Of a stretch of DNA of 22,520 bases, positions 15,001-22,520 are shown piece after piece (within the stretch, counting starts at the first letter, position 1; each line of letters begins with the position of its first letter). The notes under the pieces were generated by a model that worked only from the letters and a program-made list of their open reading frames with translations, ran no database searches and was not told the DNA's origin. The stretch is from Candidatus Fraserbacteria bacterium (GTDB taxonomy: Bacteria > Bipolaricaulota > Bipolaricaulia > RBG-16-55-9 > JANLFV01): contig JBBIJD010000023.1 of the NCBI GenBank assembly GCA_037446135.1, positions 1-22,520 on the forward strand. The letters run 5' to 3'. Made by a program: the position numbers and the translations under genes.

Positions 15001-16383
15001 TCAGGCCTCGGCCCGGAGGAGCTCGGCCGCGACCCTGGTGAAGACCCGGACCTGGAGCTCGAGGCTCTCGAGGTCGATCCGCTCATTGTCCCCGTGGATC
15101 ATCCTCAGCCGGTCCTGCATCGTGGTCTTGGTCGAGAGCGGACAGAGGCCGTAGGCCAAAGCTCCTAGCTCCCTCAAGAACCTCGAATCGGTCGCACCCG
15201 TGAGGAGGAAGGGGACCGGCTCGCTCCCCGGGAACTCCTCGTGGAGGGCCCGCTCGATCGCCCGATAGAGCTCGGTCCCGAGCGGCGAGCCCGAGGCGGG
15301 ATGGTATTGCAAGACCTCCAGCTCGAACTCGAGCCCCAGCTTTCGGGCGAACTCCTCGATCTTCGCCTCGACCTCTTCCCGCGCGGAGCCGGGGAGGAGA
15401 CGGCAGTCGAGGACGAACTCACAGGAGTCGGGGATCACATTCTCCTTCACCCCGGCCTGGATCATCGTCGGGGAGACCGTGGTCCGGATGAAAGCGTTCA
15501 GTGCCTCCGGCTCGAGGTCCGTCCCCTCAAGGAGCGGGCGGAGGTCCGGCTCGACCTTGGGATCGAGGAGCGCCGCCTTGAGCCGCTCCCCCTCGGGGCC
15601 TAAGGCCCCGAAGACCTTGGTCACGAACTCCCTGACCGTCTCATCGAGCCTCTTCGGGAACTTGTAGTGAGCTAAGCGGTCGATCAGCCCGGCCGCCCTG
15701 ACCAGGGCGTTCTCCTCGTGGGGGACCGAGCCGTGGCCGGAGCGGCCCTTGACCCGGACCTTTACCCAGAGGAGCCCCTTCTCGACCGTCTCGATCGCGT
15801 AGAAGAGCTTCCCCCCGACCGGAATGGGCTCCCCGCCACCCTCATTGAGGACATAGTCTACTCTCAGCAGCTCGGGATGGGCCCGGCTGAGCCAGCCGAC
15901 CCCCTTCTCCCCGCCGCGCTCCTCGTCGGCCGTGGCGAGGTAGATGAGCTCGCCAGCGAACTTGAGGCCCAGCCGCTTGAAGAGAAAGATAGTTAAAGCC
16001 TCGGTGATCGTCTGGCACTTCATGTCCAGTGCGCCCCGGCCCCAGAGATACCCCTCAGCCACGGCCCCACTGAAGGGGGGCTTCTCCCACCTTGAAGGGT
16101 CGGCCACGGGGACGACATCGGTATGGGATAATAGCATCAGCTTCGGGCCGGGCACTCGCCGCCCCTCGAGCCGGGCATAGAAGCTCCCCCGCCCCGGCTC
16201 GGGCTCCAGGACCTCCCCTTGGAGGCCCTCTTTCGCGAAGAGCCGCCGCAGATACCGTGCGGCCTCGGTCTCCCGCCCCGGCGGGTTCGAGGTGTCGAGC
16301 CGGATCAGCTCGGAGAGGAGAGAAGCCGCCTCCTCGCGGTAGGCCTCCCAATCCACCTTCTCAAGCCAATCAGAATTGCCCAA
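15001..16383 (-). CDS. M20/M25/M40 family metallopeptidase (ArgE/DapE-like)
   Basis: SHTDVVP, WGRGALDMK, DEERGG, NEG, GHGS, TGATDSR, IHGDNER motifs; TTG start with GAGGTG RBS. Confidence 0.93.
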   Translation of the reverse strand: MGNSDWLEKVDWEAYREEAASLLSELIRLDTSNPPGRETEAARYLRRLFAKEGLQGEVLEPEPGRGSFYARLEGRRVPGPKLMLLSHTDVVPVADPSRWEKPPFSGAVAEGYLWGRGALDMKCQTITEALTIFLFKRLGLKFAGELIYLATADEERGGEKGVGWLSRAHPELLRVDYVLNEGGGEPIPVGGKLFYAIETVEKGLLWVKVRVKGRSGHGSVPHEENALVRAAGLIDRLAHYKFPKRLDETVREFVTKVFGALGPEGERLKAALLDPKVEPDLRPLLEGTDLEPEALNAFIRTTVSPTMIQAGVKENVIPDSCEFVLDCRLLPGSAREEVEAKIEEFARKLGLEFELEVLQYHPASGSPLGTELYRAIERALHEEFPGSEPVPFLLTGATDSRFLRELGALAYGLCPLSTKTTMQDRLRMIHGDNERIDLESLELQVRVFTRVAAELLRAEA

Positions 16384-16463
16384 GGGCCATCACCTCGCGC
16401 TGACTGAGGGTATAACTTCCCTTAAGGGGGGTCAAATCCGCCAGTCCAGTATAATGGTCGGGG

Positions 16464-17219
16464 ATGGAACCATTCATGCTCTTCCCTGACCTCTGGCTCA
16501 TCGATCTGGCCGTCTATCTCCCCAAGCGAAGGACCTTGGTGATCGCCGACCTCCATTTGGGGTATGAAGAGGCCCTGAGACGGGAGGGGGTCCTCCTCCC
16601 ACCGGGCCATCTCCGGAAGGTCAAGGGCCGGCTCGAAGGGATTCTAGATCGGCTCGGGCCGATCGAGCGGCTGATCATCAATGGTGACCTGAAGCACCGG
16701 TTCGCCCCGCTCTCCCTCAAGGAAGAGCACGAGGCCAAAGAGTTTCTGAAGGGCCTTTCCGCCAGCTTCCGCGAGCTGATCCTCATCCGCGGGAACCATG
16801 ACACGCACATCAAATCGCTCGGCCGGGGCGACTCAGAGCGCCAGCTCTCGGTCCAAGAAGCCCTTAAAGACGAAGAAGAGCGGCTCCTCATCATCCATGG
16901 CGACCGCGAGCCGGATGAGGATGAACTCACCGGAGTAGAATCGGTCCTCATCGGCCATGAGCATCCCGCGGTCGGCTTGCGGAGCCGGACCGGGCGAGTC
17001 GAGGCCTACAAGGCCTTCCTGCTCGGGGAGTATCGCCAGAGGAGGCTCCTGGTCCAGCCCTCTTTCAACCTCCTCGTCCGCGGGACCGACCTGACTAAGG
17101 AGCGGGCTCTCTCACCCCTCCTCGGGGAGGAGCGGCTGGGGGCCTTCCGGGTCTACCCCGTCTCCGATGAGGGCAAGATCTACGACCTCGGCCCGCTCGC
17201 CTCTCTCCTCCGGCCTTAG
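16464..17219 (+). CDS. Calcineurin-like metallophosphoesterase (SbcD/Mre11-related, MJ0037/PdeM-like)
   Basis: ADLHLG, NGDLKH, RGNHD, IHGD and GHEHP motifs. Confidence 0.9.
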   Translation: MEPFMLFPDLWLIDLAVYLPKRRTLVIADLHLGYEEALRREGVLLPPGHLRKVKGRLEGILDRLGPIERLIINGDLKHRFAPLSLKEEHEAKEFLKGLSASFRELILIRGNHDTHIKSLGRGDSERQLSVQEALKDEEERLLIIHGDREPDEDELTGVESVLIGHEHPAVGLRSRTGRVEAYKAFLLGEYRQRRLLVQPSFNLLVRGTDLTKERALSPLLGEERLGAFRVYPVSDEGKIYDLGPLASLLRP

Positions 17220-17289
17220 TCCAGTCCGGCTCGCTTAGCCGCCTCTCACGATATATAATCGAGGTCATAAGGGCTTCGCGCCCACTTGC

Positions 17290-19974
17290 TTGAGGGCTGA
17301 TCTGATGGTGGAACCAGGGATGACCGCCACGAACCCCGATCTTGTGGAGCTGGCCCGTCTCCGCCGAGAGAAGGAGCTCTGCGCCCGCCTCCTGGAGCTC
17401 CTCGACCGGCCGGTCGAGCTCAAAGACCGGCTGGAAGGGGCCTTGGACTTCGTCCTCCAGCTGGTCGGCTTCAAGAGCGGGGGCCTCACGATCGTCACGC
17501 GGGAGCGGAAGGCCCTCCTCCCCCAGCCCCAGATCCTCCGGGGGATCTCACCGGCCATCCTCGAGGAGCTCGCGCACCTCAGCGAGGGGTTGAGCGGCCC
17601 GCTCCTGGAGCAAGGGAGAGCGATGCTCATCGAGGACCTGGCCCAGGACCCAAGGGTGACCCATCCCGCCCTCCGCGAAGCGGGCCTCCGGACGACGATC
17701 ATCGTCCCCCTCCGGGCCCGAGGGGAGATCACTGCCCTCCTCTATCTCCTCTCCCCCTCCTGCAGAACCGTCCCTGACGAGCTGCTGGCCCTGCTCCAGC
17801 GGCTCGGGGACCAGCTCGGGGTGGTGGTCGAGGGCTATCAACTCCTCCAGCGGGAGCGGCGGCGGTTCGCGCAACTTCGGCTCGTGAGCGCGATCGCGAA
17901 ACGGGCCTCTTCCATCCTCGACCCGGAGCGGCTCCTCGCCGAGGCGGCGGCCGAGATCCAACGGAGCTTCAATTACCACGATGTCCTGATCTTCTCCGTC
18001 GATCATGAGCGGCAGGAGCTGGTCCGACGGGCCTGGGCCGGCCACTACTCCCGCCGGGGGCCGAAGGATGCCCGGCTCCCGCTCAGCGAGCGCGGGCTCC
18101 TCACTTGGGTCGCTCGCCATGGCCAGACGGCGCTCGTCAATGATGTCCGCAGTGACCCGCGTTATGAAGCCTTCTTCCCTGAGACTCGCTCCGAGCTCTG
18201 TGTCCCAATGAAGCGAGACGGGCTGGTGATCGGTGGGATCAATGTCGAGAGCGTCCAGGCCGATGCATTCGATGAGACCGATGCCATCGTCCTCGAGGCC
18301 CTGGCGGATCAACTGGTCGTGGCCCTCGCCAATGCCGAGCTCTACCAGAACCTCGAGGAGGAGGTGGCCCAGCGGACGGCGGAGTTGGAGGCCGAGCGGG
18401 ACCGGCTCCGGTTCGTGACCGAAGCGATGGGGGCGGGGCTGGCGATCATCTCGAAAGATTATCGGACCATCTGGGCGAACGACTACCTCAAGGAGGTCTT
18501 CGGCGAGGTCGAGGGGAAGCCCTGCTATGAGGCCTATAACCGGCAGCCGAAGGTCTGCCCCTGGTGCGCCGTCCGGAGGGTCTTCGAGACGGGCGAGGAG
18601 CGGGCCGAGACCGAAGCGGTGGGGAAGGATAAGGCAGGGCGGACGGTCTGGTCCAAGCTCGTGGCCACCCCGCTCCGGGATGAGAGGGGCGAGATCATCG
18701 CTGCCCTGGAGGTGGTGATGCCGATCACTGAGCGGAAGAGGATGGAGGAAGCCCTCCGGACCTTAAGCCGGGTGGCCCTGAAGATCCAAGGGGTCCTCGA
18801 TGAGGAGGGGCTCCTCGAGCTGGCCGCGGCGGAGCTCGCTCGGGCCGGGTTCCGCCTCACCTTCTGGGCCGTGGAGGGCGAGACCCTCCTCCGGAGGTAT
18901 AGCTCGATCCCGCCGGAGGAGATCATGACCCTGTATGAGCTCCTGGGGAGCGGGCCGGGGGAGTTCCGGGCCCCGATCTCCCAGAGCCCGCTGGTCGAAC
19001 AGGCCCTCAAGGAGCACAGGATCGTCGCCAGCTCGGACCTGGAGGGGAGCCTCCTCCTCTCCCGACTCTACCGCTCCCATCCCGAGCTCATCCCGACGAT
19101 GGAAGAGAGGGTCCGCGGAGTCCTCTACGCCCCACTCCCGCTCGGAGGGGAGCCCCGCTGGCTGATGACCGCCACGCTGGCGCAGATGGACGAGGATGAG
19201 CTTGGGGCCTTGGAGCTCTTCGCCCGGCACCTCTCGACGGCCCTGGAGAATGCCCGCCTCTTCCGCCGCCTCGAGGCCTCCTATGAGGAGCTCAAGCGGG
19301 CCCAGGAGGGGCTTCTCCGCGCGGAGCGGCTGGCCACCCTCGGCCAGCTCGCCGGGGCGATCGCCCACAACCTGCGGAATCCGCTAGGGGTGATCAAGAA
19401 CTCCGCCTTCTACTTGAAGACCCGGCTACGCGGACGAGAGGCCCGTGAGCACCTGGAGCTGATCGAGCAGCAGGTCGAGCGGGCCGATAGAAGGATCGCG
19501 GACCTCTTGAACTTCACTTACCAGCGGCCGCTCAAGTTCGAAAGGGTCGAGCTCCGCTCGCTCATCGATCGGCTGATCGAGCAGCTCGATCTCCCCAGAG
19601 GGCTCGAGCTGCGCCGCGCCTTCCCCGCAGAGCCTCTCCATGTCGAGGCCGACCGGGAGCAGCTCCTCCAGGCCTGCCAGAATATCGTCGTGAACGCCAT
19701 CGAGGCCCTCGGAGGGCGAGGGAAGCTCCAGATCCGGGCCTACCCCCTGGGGAGCGAGGCGGCCCTGGAGTTCGAGGACGATGGCCCCGGCCTCCCACCG
19801 GAGGAGGCCGCCAGGGTCTTCGAGCCGCTCTTCACCACCAAGGCCCAGGGGACAGGGCTGGGCTTGACGATCACCAAGCAGATCATCGAGGCCCACGGCG
19901 GGCGGATCAGCTTCGAGAGCGCGCTGGGACGGGGGAGTCGGGTGACCATCCGCTTGCCGCGGAAGGGAGATTGA
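17290..19974 (+). CDS. Cytoplasmic GAF-GAF-PAS-GAF sensor histidine kinase
   Basis: GAF motifs (VNDVRSDPRY, SELCVPM), PAS with GKPCYEAY...CPWC, H-box LAGAIAHNLRNPL, N-box NIVVNAIEA, DDGPG, FEPLFTTK, GTGLGL; start may be 17305 or 17320. Confidence 0.92.
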   Translation: MRADLMVEPGMTATNPDLVELARLRREKELCARLLELLDRPVELKDRLEGALDFVLQLVGFKSGGLTIVTRERKALLPQPQILRGISPAILEELAHLSEGLSGPLLEQGRAMLIEDLAQDPRVTHPALREAGLRTTIIVPLRARGEITALLYLLSPSCRTVPDELLALLQRLGDQLGVVVEGYQLLQRERRRFAQLRLVSAIAKRASSILDPERLLAEAAAEIQRSFNYHDVLIFSVDHERQELVRRAWAGHYSRRGPKDARLPLSERGLLTWVARHGQTALVNDVRSDPRYEAFFPETRSELCVPMKRDGLVIGGINVESVQADAFDETDAIVLEALADQLVVALANAELYQNLEEEVAQRTAELEAERDRLRFVTEAMGAGLAIISKDYRTIWANDYLKEVFGEVEGKPCYEAYNRQPKVCPWCAVRRVFETGEERAETEAVGKDKAGRTVWSKLVATPLRDERGEIIAALEVVMPITERKRMEEALRTLSRVALKIQGVLDEEGLLELAAAELARAGFRLTFWAVEGETLLRRYSSIPPEEIMTLYELLGSGPGEFRAPISQSPLVEQALKEHRIVASSDLEGSLLLSRLYRSHPELIPTMEERVRGVLYAPLPLGGEPRWLMTATLAQMDEDELGALELFARHLSTALENARLFRRLEASYEELKRAQEGLLRAERLATLGQLAGAIAHNLRNPLGVIKNSAFYLKTRLRGREAREHLELIEQQVERADRRIADLLNFTYQRPLKFERVELRSLIDRLIEQLDLPRGLELRRAFPAEPLHVEADREQLLQACQNIVVNAIEALGGRGKLQIRAYPLGSEAALEFEDDGPGLPPEEAARVFEPLFTTKAQGTGLGLTITKQIIEAHGGRISFESALGRGSRVTIRLPRKGD

Positions 19975-19975
19975 G

Positions 19976-20581
19976 ATGGAGCGGAGCCCGCGGGTCCTGG
20001 TGGTCGATGATGAGATCGGGATGTGCAAGACATTAAGGGACATCCTCACCGATCGTGGCTACACCGTGGAGACGGCCTATACTGCCCAGGAGGGCTTGGC
20101 CAAGAGCGCCCATTCCCCGCCTGACCTGGCGATCCTCGATCTCCGTCTCCCAGACGGCGACGGACTGGAGCTCATCCCCCAGCTCCGCCAACTGGCCCCT
20201 GAGGCCAAGTTCCTGGTGATCACCGCCTACGGGCGGCGGCCGGCCGCGGAGCAGCCGGGGCTCCTGGGCTACCTGGAGAAGCCGCTCGACCTGGAGCGAG
20301 CCCTCGAGCTAATCGACCGGGGGCTCGCCTCCGCCGGGGAGCCCTCCGAGGCCTGGCTCCTGCGCTCCTTCGGCCAGCGGCTCCGCCAGCTCCGGCGCGA
20401 GCGGCACTTGACCCAGGCCGCCCTCGCCCGCCGGACCGGCCTCAATCAGGGCTACATCAGCGACCTCGAGCGGGGGAAGCGGAACATCTCCCTCCGGAAC
20501 AGCTACCGCTTGGCGAGGGCCCTCAAGGTCCGGCTCGAGGAATTGTTCAGACTAGACCTCCAAGACTGGCCTAAGGGGTGA
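19976..20581 (+). CDS. Response regulator: receiver domain fused to an XRE-family HTH
   Basis: VLVVDDE, AILDLRLPDGDG, VITAY, EKP; C-terminal FGQRLRQLRRERHLTQAALA...YISDLERGKRNISL. Confidence 0.9.
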   Translation: MERSPRVLVVDDEIGMCKTLRDILTDRGYTVETAYTAQEGLAKSAHSPPDLAILDLRLPDGDGLELIPQLRQLAPEAKFLVITAYGRRPAAEQPGLLGYLEKPLDLERALELIDRGLASAGEPSEAWLLRSFGQRLRQLRRERHLTQAALARRTGLNQGYISDLERGKRNISLRNSYRLARALKVRLEELFRLDLQDWPKG

Positions 20582-20613
20582 ACCCCCTTTTATAACTTAC
20601 TTTAAATATCGGA

Positions 20614-20642
20614 TTGACAAGATTGCGAGCCTCTGTTATAAT
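20614..20642 (+). promoter_or_regulatory. Consensus sigma70 promoter
   Basis: TTGACA-17 bp-TATAAT with TG extended -10 and an AT-rich upstream element. Confidence 0.85.
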
Positions 20643-20702
20643 CGCCCCTGGCTTAGCCTGCTCCCTGGGAGCGGGAATCTTTATATAATGAGGAGGTTTA
20701 CC

Positions 20703-20873
20703 ATGGCCGAGATGCGACGCGATAAGCTGTCGATCTACATCCCTCAGGAGAAGCTGAAGGAGAAGCCGATCGAGCGGCTGATGAGGCTGGCAAAGGAGAA
20801 GGACCGCTCGGTCAACTACCTCGTGGTGAAGGCGATCCTCGAGTTCGTCGAGCGCGAAGAGAAGGGGAAATAA
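20703..20873 (+). CDS. Ribbon-helix-helix (Arc/CopG-like) DNA-binding protein
   Basis: KLSIYIP beta-strand followed by ERLMRLAKEKDRSVNYLVVKAILEFV; AGGAGG RBS. Confidence 0.8.
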   Translation: MAEMRRDKLSIYIPQEKLKEKPIERLMRLAKEKDRSVNYLVVKAILEFVEREEKGK

Positions 20874-20898
20874 CTAGCCTCTCCCTCCATACATAAAT

Positions 20899-20940
20899 GT
20901 CGGGGGGCAGCCTACTACTGTCTGCCCCCCGACCCCTTTC
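20899..20940 (+). terminator. Hairpin terminator between convergent RHH and HU genes
   Basis: GTCGGGGGGCAG (20899-20910) / CTGCCCCCCGAC (20922-20933), perfect 12-bp stem. Confidence 0.75.
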
Positions 20941-20961
20941 CTAGCCCAGAATCGGCCTAGT

Positions 20962-21282
20962 CTAGCGGCGGACCTGGAGCTTCCCGCCGACCTCCATCAC
21001 CCTCAAGCTCCGCATGACCTTCTCCCGGAGGTGCTTCCCCGCCTTAAATCCGGGGACGACCTTGCTCGGGACGGTGATCCGCGCCCTCGTCTGGGGGTTG
21101 ATCCTCCTTGAGGAGCGGCGCGGCCTGGGGGCGAACTTCCCGAAACCGGTGATCGTCACCTCCTCGTTGTTCGCCAGGGCGTTGGTGATCACATCGACCA
21201 TCGAATCCAACGCCAATCGCGCGTCCTTCTTGGTGAAGCCCGTCCGCTTGGCCAGCTGCTCGACCAGTTCCTTCTTGTTCAT
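20962..21282 (-). CDS. hup: DNA-binding protein HU
   Basis: MNKKELVEQLA...VTITGFGKF...RRINPQT...VPGFKAGK.LREKV; AAGGAG RBS. Confidence 0.93.
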   Translation of the reverse strand: MNKKELVEQLAKRTGFTKKDARLALDSMVDVITNALANNEEVTITGFGKFAPRPRRSSRRINPQTRARITVPSKVVPGFKAGKHLREKVMRSLRVMEVGGKLQVRR

Positions 21283-21314
21283 CGACCTCACTCCTTCTTT
21301 TGTGAGATGGCCCT

Positions 21315-21343
21315 ATTATAAGGCATCCCCGCACGAAATGCAA
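21315..21343 (-). promoter_or_regulatory. sigma70 promoter of hup
   Basis: TTGCAT-17 bp-TATAAT on -. Confidence 0.75.
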
Positions 21344-21519
21344 GTCCCCTTCGAGGATTTCTCCCATGGAGATAATCCTATTCCCATCAGCACTATCTCC
21401 ATCAAACCCTCCCCCCGGCCCCGCTTCCCCTCTCCCGACTTGCTCCAGCTCGACCGGGCCGTCGACTCGCTCCTCAGTTCAGTTAAGAGATGAAGGGATC
21501 ACTGCCCCTCCGAGCTGAT

Positions 21520-21548
21520 TTGCCCCTCCCACTCTGTGAGCCTATAAT
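21520..21548 (+). promoter_or_regulatory. sigma70 promoter of Asp23/Gls24 gene
   Basis: TTGCCC-17 bp-TATAAT; AAAGGAGG RBS downstream. Confidence 0.7.
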
Positions 21549-21575
21549 CGATCCCGACCATAAAGGAGGCCACTG

Positions 21576-21980
21576 ATGGCGGAGAAGGGGGGAGAGAAGC
21601 AGCGTCGGGCCAGCCGTCCGCTCGGGAGCTTGGGGCGGCTCATCATCGCGGACGAGGTCTTCGCCGCGATCGCCGAACGCGCGGTCGCCGAGGTCCGCGA
21701 GCCGGGCCCGCCAGGCCCGGCGGCCTTGCTCATCGGTGGCCGGGGGAAAGGGGTGGAAACGAAGCTCGAGGATGATGAGACCGTCCGGTTCAGCCTCCGT
21801 GTCTCCCTCCGCTACGGCGAGCCGATCCCCCTCCTCTCCCAGGAGATCCAGGAGCAAATCACAAAGCGGGTCAGGGAGATGACCGGCCTGCGGGTGAGTG
21901 CTGTCGACATCTACATCCAAGAGATCCGGCTCCCTCCCGAGGGCTGGTCCGAGCCCGTGGCTGAGGCCGAGGCGGATTAA
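21576..21980 (+). CDS. Asp23/Gls24 family envelope stress response protein
   Basis: LGRLIIADEVFAAIAERAVAEV...KGV...YGEPIP.LSQEIQEQI...VREMTGLRVSAVDIYIQEI. Confidence 0.9.
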   Translation: MAEKGGEKQRRASRPLGSLGRLIIADEVFAAIAERAVAEVREPGPPGPAALLIGGRGKGVETKLEDDETVRFSLRVSLRYGEPIPLLSQEIQEQITKRVREMTGLRVSAVDIYIQEIRLPPEGWSEPVAEAEAD

Positions 21981-21984
21981 CCCC

Positions 21985-22013
21985 TTGCCTCCCCTGTGGG
22001 AGTGTGCTATAAT
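21985..22013 (+). promoter_or_regulatory. sigma70 promoter of tRNA-Gly
   Basis: TTGCCT-17 bp-TATAAT with TG extension, 11 nt before the tRNA. Confidence 0.75.
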
Positions 22014-22024
22014 GATCGGTGCGA

Positions 22025-22099
22025 GCGGGTGTAGTTCAGTGGTAGAGCGCCAGCTTCCCAAGCTGGATGTCGCGGGTTCGAATCCCGTCACCCGCTCCA
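22025..22099 (+). tRNA. tRNA-Gly (anticodon CCC)
   Basis: Cloverleaf: acceptor GCGGGTG/CACCCGC, anticodon arm CCAGC-TTCCCAA-GCTGG, T-arm GCGGG-TTCGAAT-CCCGT, discriminator T, encoded CCA. Confidence 0.97.
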
Positions 22100-22133
22100 A
22101 TCTCTTTATGAGCCCCCGATCGAGGCGAGCCCG

Positions 22134-22520
22134 ATGAAGTCGCTCTTCAATTCCGCGCATGAGCCGGAGCTGAGCCGGCTGGACTTCGCTGGCCTGGTCG
22201 AGCTGATGAGCGGCTGTCAGCGCTGCCGGCTTAAAGAGAGCCGGAGCCGGGTCGTCCCCGGGGAGGGGCCAATCCCGGCCGAGCTGGTCTTCATCGGTGA
22301 GGGGCCGGGAGAGGTCGAGGACCAGACCGGTCGGCCATTCGTCGGCCCGGCGGGCCAGCTCCTCGACCGGATCTTAGAGTCGGCGGGGCTGAAGCGCGAA
22401 GAGGTCTATATCACCAATATGGTCAAGTGCCGCCCTCCCTTGAACAGGACGCCCCAGAAGGATGAGGTCGAGGCCTGCTGGCCTTATCTTGAGGCCCAAC
22501 TCCGCCTGCTTAAGCCGAAG
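22134..22520 (+). CDS. Uracil-DNA glycosylase family 4 (Fe-S), 3' end outside window
   Basis: Manual translation: CQRCRL...VVPGEG...FIGEGPGEVEDQTGRPFVGPAGQLLD...YITNMVKCRPP.NRTP...EVEAC. Confidence 0.93.
   Translation, partial: MKSLFNSAHEPELSRLDFAGLVELMSGCQRCRLKESRSRVVPGEGPIPAELVFIGEGPGEVEDQTGRPFVGPAGQLLDRILESAGLKREEVYITNMVKCRPPLNRTPQKDEVEACWPYLEAQLRLLKPK

Noticed and set aside
22025..22099. tRNA-Gly as integration site for the array
   Set aside because: No duplicated tRNA 3' fragment seen in the window; the flanking genes are core genes and the array is over 10 kb away.

Overview
GC-rich bacterial chromosome segment; gene style suggests Bipolaricaulota/Acetothermia (inference only). The left half (about 590-11690) is an accessory array between the 3' end of a probable outer-membrane/surface protein gene and the 3' end of clpP. 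Nine co-oriented copies of a ~70-bp repeat divide it into cassettes. The repeat consists of the last codons, stop and intrinsic terminator of the first gene (consensus about CAGCCTGTAG-CCCTAA-CTGGCCGGA-ACGA-CGAGGCCCCGGGCCT...AGGCTYGGGGCCTCTTGGTTTTT). The first cassette holds two large secreted proteins (GEVED + Ala-repeat; CARDB/PKD/lectin-like). The other cassettes hold eight small two-gene modules, each with its own sigma70-type promoter: known or predicted toxin-antitoxin pairs (2x VapBC-like, DUF4258/DUF2283, DUF433/DUF5615, decayed RelBE-like) and uncharacterised pairs (DUF7718-like/DUF5647; DUF5678-like/aspartyl protease twice, one decayed). No integrase or transposase is in the window, so this looks like an integron-like cassette array built on a non-attC, terminator-derived site. 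The right half is core genome: clpP, tig, an S8 protease with an internal lipoprotein-signal-like insertion, M20 peptidase, metallophosphoesterase, GAF/PAS histidine kinase with a REC-XRE regulator, RHH protein, HU, Asp23/Gls24 protein, tRNA-Gly(CCC) and a partial family-4 uracil-DNA glycosylase.
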